A stretch of DNA of 64,000 nucleotides. It comes from Octopus vulgaris (lineage: Eukaryota). Made by a program: the position numbers and the translations under genes. Below, one piece after another: positions 12,438 to 25,606 of this stretch. The first letter of the stretch is position 1. Every line of letters starts with the position of its first letter. The notes beneath the pieces were generated by a model that worked only from the letters and a program-made list of their open reading frames with translations, was not told the DNA's origin and searched no databases. The stretch covers positions 18,538,001-18,602,000 of the forward strand of contig OX597833.1 of assembly GCA_951406725.2 (NCBI GenBank). Direction: 5' to 3'.

Positions 12438-13258
12438 CACGCGCGCGCGCATAATTTCAGCCACGGCTTGAATACCTGCTTCTATGCTAGGAATCTAGGA
12501 GAGAGGGTGAGTCGTTGCCACCAGCACAAATACTTGACGTGTACTTAATTTTATCGATTCCGATAGGACGAAAAGCAAGGCTGATATCAATGTGATTTGA
12601 AGCTGATAACGGAAAATAAAAAAACAAGTACACAGCAATGATTTTTGACCGGCATGCAAACATTTCTATCAATCCACCGAGAAATATCATACCTGATCAG
12701 AAAATATTTATTCACTATGTACACGAGATGTTCATATAAATATATATGTAGGAATATCATTAATAATAAACACATAGATAAATAATCACATTGATAATAG
12801 GATGTTAGTATAGTTCGATAGTGGACTTTGTGTTCTGTATAATGCACACGATGGACTTAAATATAAGGAAATGGATGGAGACAATTATATTAGTAATGTT
12901 AACAGTTGGTAAGTAGACAAGCAAAGCCACTCATAGCAAGACGCCATTAAAAACCGATATATATGAGTGTGTTGATGTATATTTATATGTATGTTTGTGC
13001 GGGTGTGTATGTATATTATATATACATGCATGCATACACGCATATATGCAAACATACATACATACATACGCATATATATATATTTGCATACATACACACA
13101 CATATATGCTTCTGCCAAAATAATCCGAGATCACAGTAAAAGAGAAGAGTTTAAGTGTTTTTATTATGACAAGTACTTACGTAATCCTATACGTGTTTTC
13201 CAAGCGAATATTAATAGATTTAACGGTGCTGCGCTAACTCATTCGAAATAACGCAACT

Positions 13259-13306
<48 letters not shown>

Positions 13307-13315
13307 ACGTATATC

Positions 13316-13367
<52 letters not shown>

Positions 13368-13892
13368 GCAATAATACATATATATATATATAAAATGCAA
13401 TAATGCACATATATATATATATTTACCAAATATATACGTTTTATTTATTATTTTGTACGTTACTTAATCATTAGTATATATCTTATCTTATATTTAATTT
13501 TTTCTATAGGATGTAATTTTTTCTATATGGTATAATTAAATGTTTTCATTGTTGAATTGATAAAAAGTGGGTTTTTTTCTAATTTATATATACATATATA
13601 TATATATATATAATTCATATAATTATATAATGGACAATATGTCCAATTTTTCGGCATAGCTGGCATTAGAAATTTTTTCGTTTGCCCTTACTTATGAATT
13701 GTTTATAGATTTAACCTTTAAAGGTATTTTTTGATATGCTGGCCATTGATAAAGTTTTTTTTGAAAAAGAATATATTTTTTTCGAAAAAAATTTTATCCT
13801 TCATTAGATATATATATATATATAATATTTTGTGAAATTTTATTTAGTATCCTAAATCGAATTCTTCCTTGTAAGTTTGGAATAATATTCCC

Positions 13893-13968
<76 letters not shown>

Positions 13969-14162
13969 TATACCACTGCGAGGATATGTACTGTTCTTAT
14001 AGGGATGAAATCATGCTAGTTACATTGGTGTAATATCCTATATCTATTCTAAGTATCACATCGATATAAATGGGTGTATTAAAATGTGGAATATGATAAA
14101 CAAGAAGAAAATGGAAAGTATAAGGATATATATCAATTTATTCACACAGAGTTAATTAAAAT

Positions 14163-14266
14163 ACCTACAACTGTTTCAATTTTACGCAATACTAATTAGA
14201 AATATATAAATAAAGTAAAACAAAATTTGCATTTAGAATATTACATGCGTAAAATCTCATCAGGGC
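14163..14266 (-). ncRNA. Hammerhead motif with extended stem II
   Basis: Minus strand: GCC-CUGAUGA-GAUUUUACGCA..~60 nt..UGCGUAAAAUU-GAAA-CAGUUG-UA-GGU; GUA triplet; stem I only 3 bp. Confidence 0.55.
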
Positions 14267-14334
14267 TAATCGGCATAAATAGATTACATGTTGCTTAGAC
14301 AGTCTGTTTTGAAATCTCAACCTAACAACATGTA

Positions 14335-14433
14335 ATCCTGATGAGATTTAATCATATAATGTTCTAAATGCAAATTTTATTTTATTTAATAAATTTGTAA
14401 TTAGTATTGAGTAAAATTGAAACAATTGTAGGT
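14335..14433 (+). ncRNA. Hammerhead motif (inverted partner copy)
   Basis: AUC-CUGAUGA-GAUUU...AAAUU-GAAA-CAAUUG-UA-GGU; ACAAUUGU palindrome; stem II partly decayed. Confidence 0.45.
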
Positions 14434-14608
14434 ATTTTAATTAACTATATGTTAATATATTAATTCATATCTATATAGGATCCATTTTCTTCTTGTTTGT
14501 ATATATGTATATTCATATATAATACTCATATATATATTTATATGTAATATATATATATATTTATTTGACTGTCAAAAATTGTGAAGCATGACTGTCACCA
14601 CTACTACA

Positions 14609-14653
14609 TGAACCTGAAGATTACAGAATTTAATGCATGAAAGTACTAGTTCA
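14609..14653 (+). ncRNA. Minimal type I hammerhead motif
   Basis: UGAAC-CUGAAGA-uuacagaauuuaaugcau-GAAA-GUAC-UA-GUUCA; perfect 5-bp stem I, AGUACU palindrome, CUA triplet; stem II weak. Confidence 0.6.
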
Positions 14654-14797
14654 ATCAGAATGAACATTTAACATTCTATTATATTATTTTATTTTATCAT
14701 ATTATATCATTATAAGATTGTAAATAAAACGTGAAAATCAGACAAGGTTGGAATTCCTTTCATTAATATATTCTTCTATACACAATCACACACACCC

Positions 14798-14856
<59 letters not shown>

Positions 14857-15549
14857 CATATATATATACATATATATACATGCGTGTGTATGTGTGTGTG
14901 TGAGTGTGTGTGTGTGTGTATGCATGTAGCTTGTATGTATACATATATACTTTGCTTTTGCATTTGGTTTGCAAGATTCTTTGTGTGAATTCGTGTGCTA
15001 AAACAAATTTTGTTGCGTTTTGGGACTCATTACGACAATATTAACACACACACAGATTCAATTTCATTTTGTTATCATTAGACAATTGGTTAAACATTTA
15101 ACCAACTAACAAATCGTTCGTTGATATATATACGTATATACATATATATACACACACACATATAAATGTGTATGTATGTATATATCTACATATAAAAACA
15201 GATACATATATGATATGTGCGTGTGTATATATATGTATATATATAAGTACATATATATTTATATGTTTTGTGTGTGCGTGTGTTTTATACATATGTATTT
15301 GTATATATAAACATACATATACATATATTCATACATACCCGTGGGGTACACGTGCGATTAATTTGTTAAAAACATTAAAACATCCAAATTATTGATGAGT
15401 TACAGAACAAACCGAGACATGTGTTATCAGACTTTCCAAAGACAAATCAGTGTTAGTGAGAGACAATGCAACATGCATACAAAGAAAAAAAAATGAATTT
15501 GATTAATAACAACAATAACCACAACAATGTTGACGAAGATGAGGATATA

Positions 15550-15575
15550 ACAACAACAACAACAACAACAACAAC

Positions 15576-15607
<32 letters not shown>

Positions 15608-15633
15608 TGATGATGATGATAATTATAATTATA

Positions 15634-15709
<76 letters not shown>

Positions 15710-15840
15710 CAATGTATACTATGAGTTTCTTTGCCCTAGGAGTCGGGAAGACACTCGGCAAGAAATGGAAGCAAATTTGAAAGAAGAAAAAAAAGTATAA
15801 TAATAATAATAATTATTATTATTATTATCATAATAATAAA
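15550..15840. repeat. (AAC)n/(TAA)n/(GAT)n arrays with a ~85-bp insert
   Basis: Direct reading; the insert at 15708-15795 may be a further LINE 3' UTR remnant. Confidence 0.8.
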
Positions 15841-16215
15841 AGAAAGAACATGTATGATAATCGACAAAGCATGCCCCAGTGACAACAGGATCAGTGTGAA
15901 AGAAGAAAAAATAAACAACTATGACGATTGGATGGGGGGAAATTCGAAGGTTGTGGTCAATGAAGAGAGTAGACGTGATACCAATAGTAATTGATGCACT
16001 TGGAAGTATCAGCACTCAACTACCAACATGTCGGGAAAAGATCGGTGCAAGTGTGAAGGGAGTACACCTACAGAAATCAGCATTGCTTGGAACTGTAGGA
16101 ATTCTTCGCAGGGTTCTTAAAGCATGGCCAGTAAAAAAGTGTCACCTTACTCTGTTGACTGTGGACAACTGACACTTTCCATCATGCCCAGCAAAATAAG
16201 CGGTGTGTTTTCATA
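15841..16215 (+). mobile_element. 5'-truncated R4/Dong-like non-LTR retrotransposon (restriction-like endonuclease C-terminus + 3' UTR)
   Basis: Translation with one frameshift: CMIIDKACPSDNRISVKEEKINNYDD/WGEIRRLWSMKRVDVIPIVIDALGSIS...LQKSALLGTVGILRRVL, the typical RLE-clade C-terminus; flanked by (TAA)n. Confidence 0.8.
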
Positions 16216-16439
16216 TAACAATAATAATAATAATGATGATGATGATCAATAGAAGACAGAAATAAAATTAGGAAGAGTAATATAGAAAATAAATTAATAG
16301 AAAAAAATTGGTGAAACACATCGTGAATATATTAATAAACCGGATTGCATATAAATTCATTTTTGAAATAATATTTTTAATTGGTATTCTTCAATTAAAT
16401 GAAATGTAATTGGCGTTAAGGTAAGAGATATTGCTTTCA

Positions 16440-16652
16440 AATTTTGGAATATGACCAGCGATTTGGGGGCATGGGGTAAGTCTACTACATCGACCCAGTT
16501 CTCAACTGGTACTTATTTTATCGATCCCAGTGCTTGATTCCTACTGATTTTATCAACGCCGAAGGGATGAAAGGCGAAGTCAACCTCGGCGGAATTTGAA
16601 CTCTGAACGTAAAGACGGAAGAAACGCCGCTAAGTATTTTGCCCGGCGTGCT
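16440..16652 (-). mobile_element. SINE family 2, degenerate
   Basis: GGATGAAAGGCGAAGTCAACCTCGGCGGAATTTGAACTC core. Confidence 0.7.
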
Positions 16653-16680
16653 ATACATGCATACACACACACACACACAC

Positions 16681-16757
<77 letters not shown>

Positions 16758-16764
16758 AAATACA

Positions 16765-16925
16765 AAATGGGACAAGAACGCAAAACATCCGGACAACTAG
16801 GTGATACAAAAAGGGACAACAAAACATCCAGATATCCGATACAAAGAAAAACAAGGACGAGTCATTCGAAGTTTTCTATCTTCAGTCAAGAACCAAATTA
16901 TCCTCGCAATTTCGGCTGATTATTC
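16765..16925 (-). repeat. Unclassified dispersed repeat (copies at 29275-29385 + and 63620-63725 +)
   Basis: Shared CAGCCGAAAT...TGACTGAAGA...T(C/T)GAATGA motif in three copies. Confidence 0.55.
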
Positions 16926-17249
16926 TTGGTGCTTGTGCGTGTGTGTATTAGCTTTCTATGTATGGTCTGTATATTCTTTTGGGCTCTGCCCTTATTTAAA
17001 TATATGTGTGAGTGTGTGCGTTTTCTTTATAAAGGTAACATGACCCTAATATCTATTTAATAAGATGGAAGCGAATACTATGATGACGAATTGTCTGTCA
17101 AAACGTCAACAGCTACATGACATTAAAGTCAATAAGATTAATCAAGATTTCAAGTAGTTTAGAAGCGTTACAACTGAATTTGAAGAGAATTTATAGACAA
17201 AGCAGGAGAAAAAAGACTTCGATCCACTATTTCAACTTTAGTAATACTC

Positions 17250-17659
17250 TGTTTTACTTGTTTTAGTCATTTGATTGCGGCCATGCAGGAGCACCGCCTT
17301 TAGTCGAGTAAATCGACCCCAGCACTTATTCTTTGTGAGCCTAGTACTTATTGTATCGGTCTCCTTTGCCGAACCGCTAAGTTACGGGGATGTAAACACA
17401 CTAGCATCGGTTGTCAAGCGATGTTGGGGGGACAAACACAGACGCACAAATATACACATACACTCACACACAGACACAAATATACATAAATATACATATA
17501 TACGACAGGCTTCTTTCAGTTTCCGTCTACCAAATCTACACACAAGGCTTGGGTCGGCCCTAAGCTATAGTAGAAGACACTTGTCTAAGGTGCTACGCAG
17601 TGGGACTGAACCCGGAACCATGTGGTTGGTAAGCAAGCTACTTACCACACAGCCACTCC
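17250..17659 (-). mobile_element. SINE family 1, near full length
   Basis: tRNA-like head, CORE-like CCTT.G.CAAGTGTCTTCTAC block, internal TG/TA microsatellite, conserved tail. Confidence 0.9.
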
Positions 17660-18019
17660 GACGCCAAATAGTCATAAACTCTGTGTAATCCCTGGATTTG
17701 CTACAACATTTCCCCCCATATCACGTCTTTCCATTTTAAATATGGAAAAGGAATGCTGAACATCGTATATTCGCCTAAAAGATAGGAGATGAACACAATT
17801 GGAAGGCTTTTCCTTATTTTTTTTAGGACGATGCTGTATTCGGTCTCCAAAAGCAGGAATCGATGTCTCATCAGGCGGTGAAACAGCTCTGCAAACGTTT
17901 CGGTCCCTACCACCGCAACGAGCTTTGTCGAATCAGATTTGCGACTCTGGGCCAAATGTTTCTGTCACTCCCAGTGCCCTTCTTACTGTATCACTTTGTC
18001 CTCTTTCATGGTCCAGATA

Positions 18020-18243
18020 TTCTTTTACTTGCTTCAGTCATTTTGACTACGGCCATGCTGGGGCACCGCCTTTTAGTCAAAGTAATCGTCTCCTGGACTT
18101 ATTATTTGTAAGCCTAGTACTTATTCTATCAGTCTCTTTTGCCGAACAGCTAAGTTACGGGACGTAAACACACCAGCATCCGTTGTCAAGCGATCGTGGA
18201 GGGAGAAACACAGGCACAAACACACATACACACACACGCACAC

Positions 18244-18300
<57 letters not shown>

Positions 18301-18448
18301 GCCTCCTTCAGCTTCCGCCTACCAAATCCACTCACAAGGATTTGGTCAGCCCGTGACTATGGTAGAAGACATTTGCCCAAGGTTCCACGCAGTGGGACTG
18401 AACCCCGAACAATGTGGTTGGGAAGCAAACTTCTTACCACACAGCCAC
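18020..18448 (-). mobile_element. SINE family 1
   Basis: Same architecture as 17250-17659. Confidence 0.85.
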
Positions 18449-19079
18449 ATTTGTGCCTATATAATGACAATTTTCTGACATATTTTCTCTTCTTCGCAGC
18501 TAGTTCAAGACCCTTGGGTATGGGGTGAACCCTGTCGCCAACATACCCTCTAACGACTGTCCCTACTGGAAGGCATATAGCCTCACACCCATAAGTGTAC
18601 TCTATCAGAGGTGACCTGGATCTAAGCTACAACAATACCAACATTAACAAAGCCGGCAAGTAATTGTTAATTAGATAGTTAACTGTTGAAAATATATGAT
18701 TGGTTGATGAAAAGCAGATAACAGGGCAAAAACCTGTTTTAATTTATTTCAAAATTTATTTATGAATCCCGATAGCAACAAAAAAAGATGTAGAATCTCT
18801 GAAAATATGCCAAAAACCTGACAGAGTACAGGAGAACTTGTTGAAGATATCTGCGATGCCGACGGACAAATTACAACTTGAGTGGATTTGGCACAACTCA
18901 AAGAACCAACGAAAAGCCAGTAATTACGCGAAGAAAATGTTTATCTTGTTTTCGTAAATGACGGGAACGGCGCTGCGTCGGATAGGTTTGAGGCAGCGAT
19001 GGCGGTTGGACACGTATGCCGGCCTGCATGTGTGTGTCTATGTGAGTTTAAGTGTGTATGTGTGTATTTGTATCTATGA

Positions 19080-19153
<74 letters not shown>

Positions 19154-19190
19154 CACATATATATATATATATATATATATAGAATACATA

Positions 19191-19272
<82 letters not shown>

Positions 19273-19341
19273 TATAATACATACATATATATATAATACA
19301 TATATATATATATATAAAATACATATATATATATATTGCAT

Positions 19342-19378
<37 letters not shown>

Positions 19379-19398
19379 CAATATATATACACACATAA

Positions 19399-19429
<31 letters not shown>

Positions 19430-20607
19430 TGTATGTATGTATGTATGTATGTATGTATGTATGTATGTATGTATGGGAGAGATAGAAGCTGAGGGAGAAG
19501 GAGCGGACTTTACTGTTTATCCTGTTTGGGTTTAGAGTGAAAAGAAAAGAAAAAAAGGTGAGAAAGAGAAAGACAAGAAGATTACAAAAGAAGAGAAGAG
19601 GTAATGAGTCATACAAGATGTTATTCTCCAACAAAATTCAATGGCTCCTACTTTTCTACTCGGGTTAATTCAACGAATTCGAATATTGCTTATCTATTTT
19701 ACCCTTCCGGTAAGTCTTGTAGAGGTTTCGGCGATGACTTATTGTTTTTCTTGTTACTGGGCCTGTCGGTCAGTTCTGAGTGAGCAGATGTATAATTAAA
19801 GTTGTTCTAGTTATGGTCACTATTCTCTGAAGCAATGACTGCATTGTTTTGTGTGTCCCATCCTTTGAAAGGTAACACGGTGTAATTTGAGGTAGATTTA
19901 GCTGTTTTTTCTTACAGTAGAGAGAGAGAGAGATATATTCCCTTGCCGATAAGTCGACAGTAAGCATTAGAACACTTCGACATCAGAACACTTCGACATG
20001 GACTCTATCGGTTGCATACGTATCACTTCTAGGCGACACAATACAACAAATTGAGGAAGTTTTAAAGGTAATCATTGAACACCCTGTATAGTGTAGGGGA
20101 AAGGGTTAGGCTACCGATACATATACTATTAATGTAGACAGACGCATTATGGAAACAGTGTGCCACAAGGCGGACGTTTTTTATTACTGGTACCGTCCAT
20201 TTTATATCATACTGCAAATGGCTCAGATCGATGCAGAAAAAACATATCAAGGGTCCTCGTTTGCAAAACACCAGACTTTCGGCTTTCTAGTTGACTTTTA
20301 TGTCCTTTGCCGATATATATTAGTGAAAGATAAACACACACACATCCAAATTCTCCCTCTCTTTTTATATCTGTTGATATATATATATATATATATATAT
20401 ATAAATGAATGTGTGTATTTTTCTCTTGTTTTCAATTAATACGGAAATGTCTTATTGATGAGTTTGATTTCTTTCTTTCTTCCCTGACGAGTAGATTACA
20501 TTTTTTTTTTAACATTTCATTCCTTTGGAATAATACCAATGTTGTCTTTGAAACATATGTCGCAAGTAAAAATTTGAATAACACCTGCGTTTAACTCCAT
20601 TTCCATT

Positions 20608-20705
<98 letters not shown>

Positions 20706-20972
20706 GGCGCAGGCGTGGCTGTGTGGTGAGAAGCTTGCTTCCCAGACACATGGCTCTGGGTTCAGTCCCACTGCGTGGCACCTTCGGCAAGTGTCTTCTA
20801 CTGTAGCCTTGTGAGTGGATTTGGTGGAGGGAAACTGAAAGAAGCCTGTCGTATGTATATGTATGTATTTATGTGTGGCTGTCTCTGTGTTTGTCCTCCA
20901 CGCCCCACCATCGCTTGACAGTATCATGGCATGGCCGCTGTCAAATGACTGAAACAAGTAAAAGAATAAAAG
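20706..20972 (+). mobile_element. SINE family 1 with internal deletion
   Basis: GGCGCAGGCGTGGCTGTGTGGT head; tail GACTGAAACAAGTAAAAG. Confidence 0.8.
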
Positions 20973-20984
20973 ATATGAGAGATA

Positions 20985-21293
20985 CCACCGTGATCACCGT
21001 GACCGACCAGGCTATCAGATGTTGCTACACATCGCTGGTTACAACGTGTTTCGCATTGTTTTAGCGGGGTGACGCCACCCCGCTGGCTAAGCGAGCATGC
21101 CAACAGAAGAAAGAGTGAGAGAAAGTTGTAGCGAAAGAGCACAGCAGGGATCGCCACCACCCGCTGCTGGTGCCTCGTGGAACTTTAGGTGTTTTCGCTC
21201 AATAAACACTCACAACGCCCGGTCTGGGAATCGAAACCGCGGTTCTACAACCGCGAGTCCGCTACCCTAACCACTGGGTCATTGCGCCTCCAC
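20985..21293 (-). mobile_element. SINE family 3 (tRNA-like head GTGGAGGCGCAATGACCCAGTGGTTAG)
   Basis: A/B boxes on minus strand; related to 50889-51105 and 52333-52813. Confidence 0.75.
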
Positions 21294-21345
21294 ATATGAG
21301 AGATATACAGACACATATATATACGTGTGTGTGTATATGTGTGTG

Positions 21346-21389
<44 letters not shown>

Positions 21390-21844
21390 CATACACACAC
21401 ATATAACTATGTACATATATATATATACATATATATATATCAGTGTGTTGTGTGTTATATGTATGTGTGCGTGCACCATGACGGAATTTCGCCACCTATC
21501 ATATTCTACCCATAAAGTATTGACCAATCGGCCCACCCGAACCTCTGTTTGAAAATTCTTTATCGAGGTATCGAGTTGTGAGATCGAACCTGCATTTGCA
21601 AATATAACTTAACCACACATCAATGTTTCTATCTTGATATATTCTAAGTTCAAACAAATGTCAACACTTGATTCCATCAACATTGTTGTTCTTTTATAAT
21701 TGTATATTTGCGTGGCATTTGCAAGAAACCCTTGGTCAAAACTAGTTCATCATCTATCAGTATTTGACCATTTTTTAAGTCGTGGATATATTAAAAGAGA
21801 ACCGAACTAGGCAAAACTTAATTTCCATTTCAGATTTATGCTAT

Positions 21845-22000
21845 GCAGTCGTGGCTGTGTTAAGAAGTTCGCTTCCTAGCCGTTCAGTGCCTTCTACTTT
21901 AGCCTCGGGCCGACCTATGCCCTGTCGTTGGACTTGACGGAAACTGAAGGAAGGCCGTCCAATGTGTGTGTGTGTGTGTGTGTGTGACTGTGTGTATGAC

Positions 22001-22051
<51 letters not shown>

Positions 22052-22245
22052 TCTGTTTGTCCCCACTGCCGCAGCTTGACAACAGATGTTGGTATGTTTA
22101 CATCTTCTTAACTAAGTGGTTCGGCAAAAGAAAGCGATAGAATAAGTATCAGGTTTGGGAAAAAAAGTACTAGGATCGATTCGTTCGACTACAATACTTC
22201 AAGGCGCTGACCTCAGCATGACCGAAACAAGTAAAAGATAAAAAA
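21845..22245 (+). mobile_element. SINE family 1, degenerate
   Basis: Head and tail motifs with internal (TG)n. Confidence 0.65.
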
Positions 22246-22339
22246 TAAAGCTTACTCTTTGATATCACGTTAAAGGCGTAGAATAAAATCACAACTTCAA
22301 CCCGATATGAAATGTTTAATAGGGGCCCGTTGGACTGCA

Positions 22340-23113
22340 GGGCACGAACTCGTGTTTCTGATATTATATTTGGATCTATGACAAAGCTCGTGCTGTTGTT
22401 TGGGAGTTTCGAAAACCTACATTAGCTCTGGAGTTACAGTAGAAGGAGCTGACACGCCTTGAGTGTTGCTTCACGGCCTGATGAGAGGTCGACTCCTGCA
22501 TTCGGATACAGAGTACGACAGAACCCTCAGCATAAAAGTGTTCACCCTAAATTACTAACAAATTGACTCTCCTAAAAGACGATATCTTCCAATAGACGGG
22601 CACGAACTCGTGCTTCTGACATTATATTTGAATCCATGACAAAGCTCGTGCTGTTGTTTGGGAGTTTCGAAAACCTACATTAGCTCTGGAGTTGCAGTAG
22701 AAGGGACCGACACACCTTGAGAGTTGCTTCACCGCCTGATGAGGGGTCGACTCCTGCATTCGGATACCGAGCAAGACAGACCCTCAGCAGAAAAGTGTTC
22801 ACCCTAAAACACTAACAAATTGACTCTCCTAAAAGACGATATCTTCCAATAGACGGGCACGAACTCGTGCTTCTGACATTATATTTGAATCCATGACAAA
22901 GCTCGTGCTGTTGTTTGAGAGTTTCGAAAACCTACATTAGCTCTGGAGTTGCAGTAGAAGGGGCCGACACACCTTGAGTGTTGCTTCACCGCCTGATGAG
23001 AGGTCGACTCCTGCATTCGGATACAGAGTACGACAGAACCCTCGGCAGAAAATTGTTCACCCTAAAACACTAACAAATTGTCTCTCCTAAAAGACGACAT
23101 CTTCCAAAAAGAC
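22340..23113. repeat. Tandem repeat, 3 copies of a 257-258-bp unit
   Basis: GGGCACGAACTCGTG at 22340, 22598 and 22855; units highly similar. Confidence 0.95.
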
Positions 23114-23746
23114 GGTCTCACATCAAAAACCTTGTGAAACAAATACAAATAGAGAATACATGAAACACACAACCAGTGCACTTGGCATTTTCCCACTCTT
23201 CTACATCCCTAACACCCACGAAGCTTTCTTGTTCCTATCTGTAGCGATTAAACTTTGTTTACCTTATTCATATTGCTTCAAAATCACTACATTAACATGT
23301 TTCAACCACCACAACCGACCCAGAAGTTAACCATGCGTGAGAGCGCGGATAATCTGATGGAACTTTAATGAAACATTATTTACAGTAAAGTGCAATAAGC
23401 TGGTGTCGCTTCTTCGTAGTTTCGTCTCTTTCATTGGGCGGCCATTATATTTTCCGTATTGTGAATTCCATGCTTGAATTGTATATTAAATATTAAGAAA
23501 CCATAAAACAGTTGTATACACAAAACTATAGATTTTAATTAGATCCACAACTGAATGTGGCTTTGCTTTTTTGGCGCCATAGTTCTACGAATACGAAACA
23601 CACACACATACACACATACACACCCATACACACATACACACACATACACAAGCATATATATCTACGTATGTATATATATATGTATATATATATATGTATG
23701 TATACATATATATGTATATATATATGCATATATATATGTATATATA

Positions 23747-23821
<75 letters not shown>

Positions 23822-23831
23822 CTATATAAAG

Positions 23832-23912
<81 letters not shown>

Positions 23913-24356
23913 CACATACATATACATGTGTTTGTGTGTGTTTACTATTATTTTTTACTTTATTATATATATATTTTTTTCTTTGTTGGGGATGGGTTGT
24001 CTGTCTTCTCAGATCATTTATATTCCGAGAATAAAGAGAAAGTTTCTGTTGTAAAGATGACTAAAGGACATTATGGAAGGACAATTTTTGGAAATTAAAC
24101 GTTTAGCAGAAATCTACGCCTGGATTATTTGTTTACCTATAATAACCACACAACAGCTGTGTATACAAACTGAAGAATTCTATTGGTTCCCATTGTGAAC
24201 TCTCCTTTTTGGCGCCACAGATTCCTGTTTTAGTTCTTTAGTTCGTTTAAAAGAACACAATTTAGACAAGTCAAGCTAGAGTAATAATTTCTTTTCCTTT
24301 TATTTTATTTTATTTTATTTATTTTATTATTTTTTTTTTTTTGCTTCTCTGGTATA

Positions 24357-24766
24357 CTCTCTTTACTCTTTTACTTGTTTCAGTTATTTGACTGCGGCCA
24401 TGCTGGAGCACCGCCTTTAGTCGAGCAACTCGACCCCGGGACTTATTCTTTTTGTAAGCCCAGTACTTATTCTATCGGTCTCTTTTGCCGAAGAACCGCT
24501 AAGTGACGGGGACGTAAACACACCAGCATCGGTTGTCAAGCAATGCTAGGGGGACAAACACAAACACAAATACACACACACACATATATATATACATATA
24601 TACGACAGGCTTCTTTCCGTTTCCGTCTACCAAATCCACTCACAAGGCATTGGTCGGCCCGGGGCTATAGTAGAAGACACTTGCCCAAGATGCCACGCAG
24701 TGGGACTGAACCCGGAACCATGTGGTTCGTTAGCAAGCTACTTACCACACAGCCACTCCTGCGCCT
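24357..24766 (-). mobile_element. SINE family 1, full length, with long T-rich TSD
   Basis: Flanked by TTTTTTTTTGCTTCTCTGGTATA on both sides. Confidence 0.9.
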
Positions 24767-25074
24767 ATTTTATTTATTTATTTATTTTTTTTTTGCTTCT
24801 CTGGTATAATATTTTATTTCTAACTACCGCTCGTTTTATTATCGAATTTCGAAGTATTGAATAAAATTTAAATATCTTATTTGAAAGAATAAAGGAAGCA
24901 GGACTGATAATTAGAAACATTTTTAACGTGATTATTAAATAGAATTATTTTTCTCCTCGAGCTCTGGGGTCCTCTGCTTTCATGGCATGTTAGTGACCGA
25001 GATCACAACTAAACGCCGTTCCGTTGCATGGTTCAAGGGCTATAATTCTGAGAGGAGGAAACAGGTCGACTATA

Positions 25075-25606
25075 TGGACTCCAGTATTAGACTGGGACTT
25101 TATTTTATCAACCCTCAAGAGGTTAAAGCAAAGTTGACCTCAGCCGGGTTTAAACTCAGAACGTAAAAAAAAAACCCGAAGAAATACCTATTTCTTTACT
25201 ACCCACAAGGGGCTAAAAACAGAGGGGACAAACAAGGACAGACACACGGATTAAGTCTATTATATCGACCTCAGTGCGTAACTGGTACTTATTTAATCGA
25301 CCCCGAAAGGATGAAAGGCAAAGTCGACCCCGGTGGAATTTGAACTCAGAACGTAACATCAGACGAAATACCTATTTCTTTACTACCCACAAGGAGCTAA
25401 ACACAGAGGGGGCAAACAAGGACAGACAAACGGATTAAGCCGATTACATCGACCCCAGTGCGAAACTGGTACTTAATTTATCGACCCCGAAAGGATGAAA
25501 GACAAAGTCGGCCTCGGCGGAATTTGAATTCTGAACGTAGCGACAGAAGAAATACCGCTAAGCATTTTGAGCGCCGACAAGTTAACGAATCTGTCAGCTC
25601 GCTACC
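25075..25606 (-). mobile_element. SINE family 2, trimeric form
   Basis: Head near 25606, two ~184-bp units, then a degenerate third unit. Confidence 0.8.

Larger units (their letters stand above)
14096..14500. mobile_element. Inverted pair of Penelope-like terminal remnants, each arm with a hammerhead motif
   Basis: About 180-200-bp diverged inverted arms; each has CTGATGAG..long stem II..GAAACA(A/G)TTGTA-GG. Confidence 0.6.

Noticed and set aside
16860-16920. CUGAAGA...CGAAUGAC motif in a three-copy repeat
   Set aside because: GAAU rather than GAAA and no consistent stem I; kept only as an unclassified repeat.
22340-23113. CRISPR-like or coding interpretation of the tandem array
   Set aside because: Whole units repeat with no unique spacers, and no long ORF spans the units.
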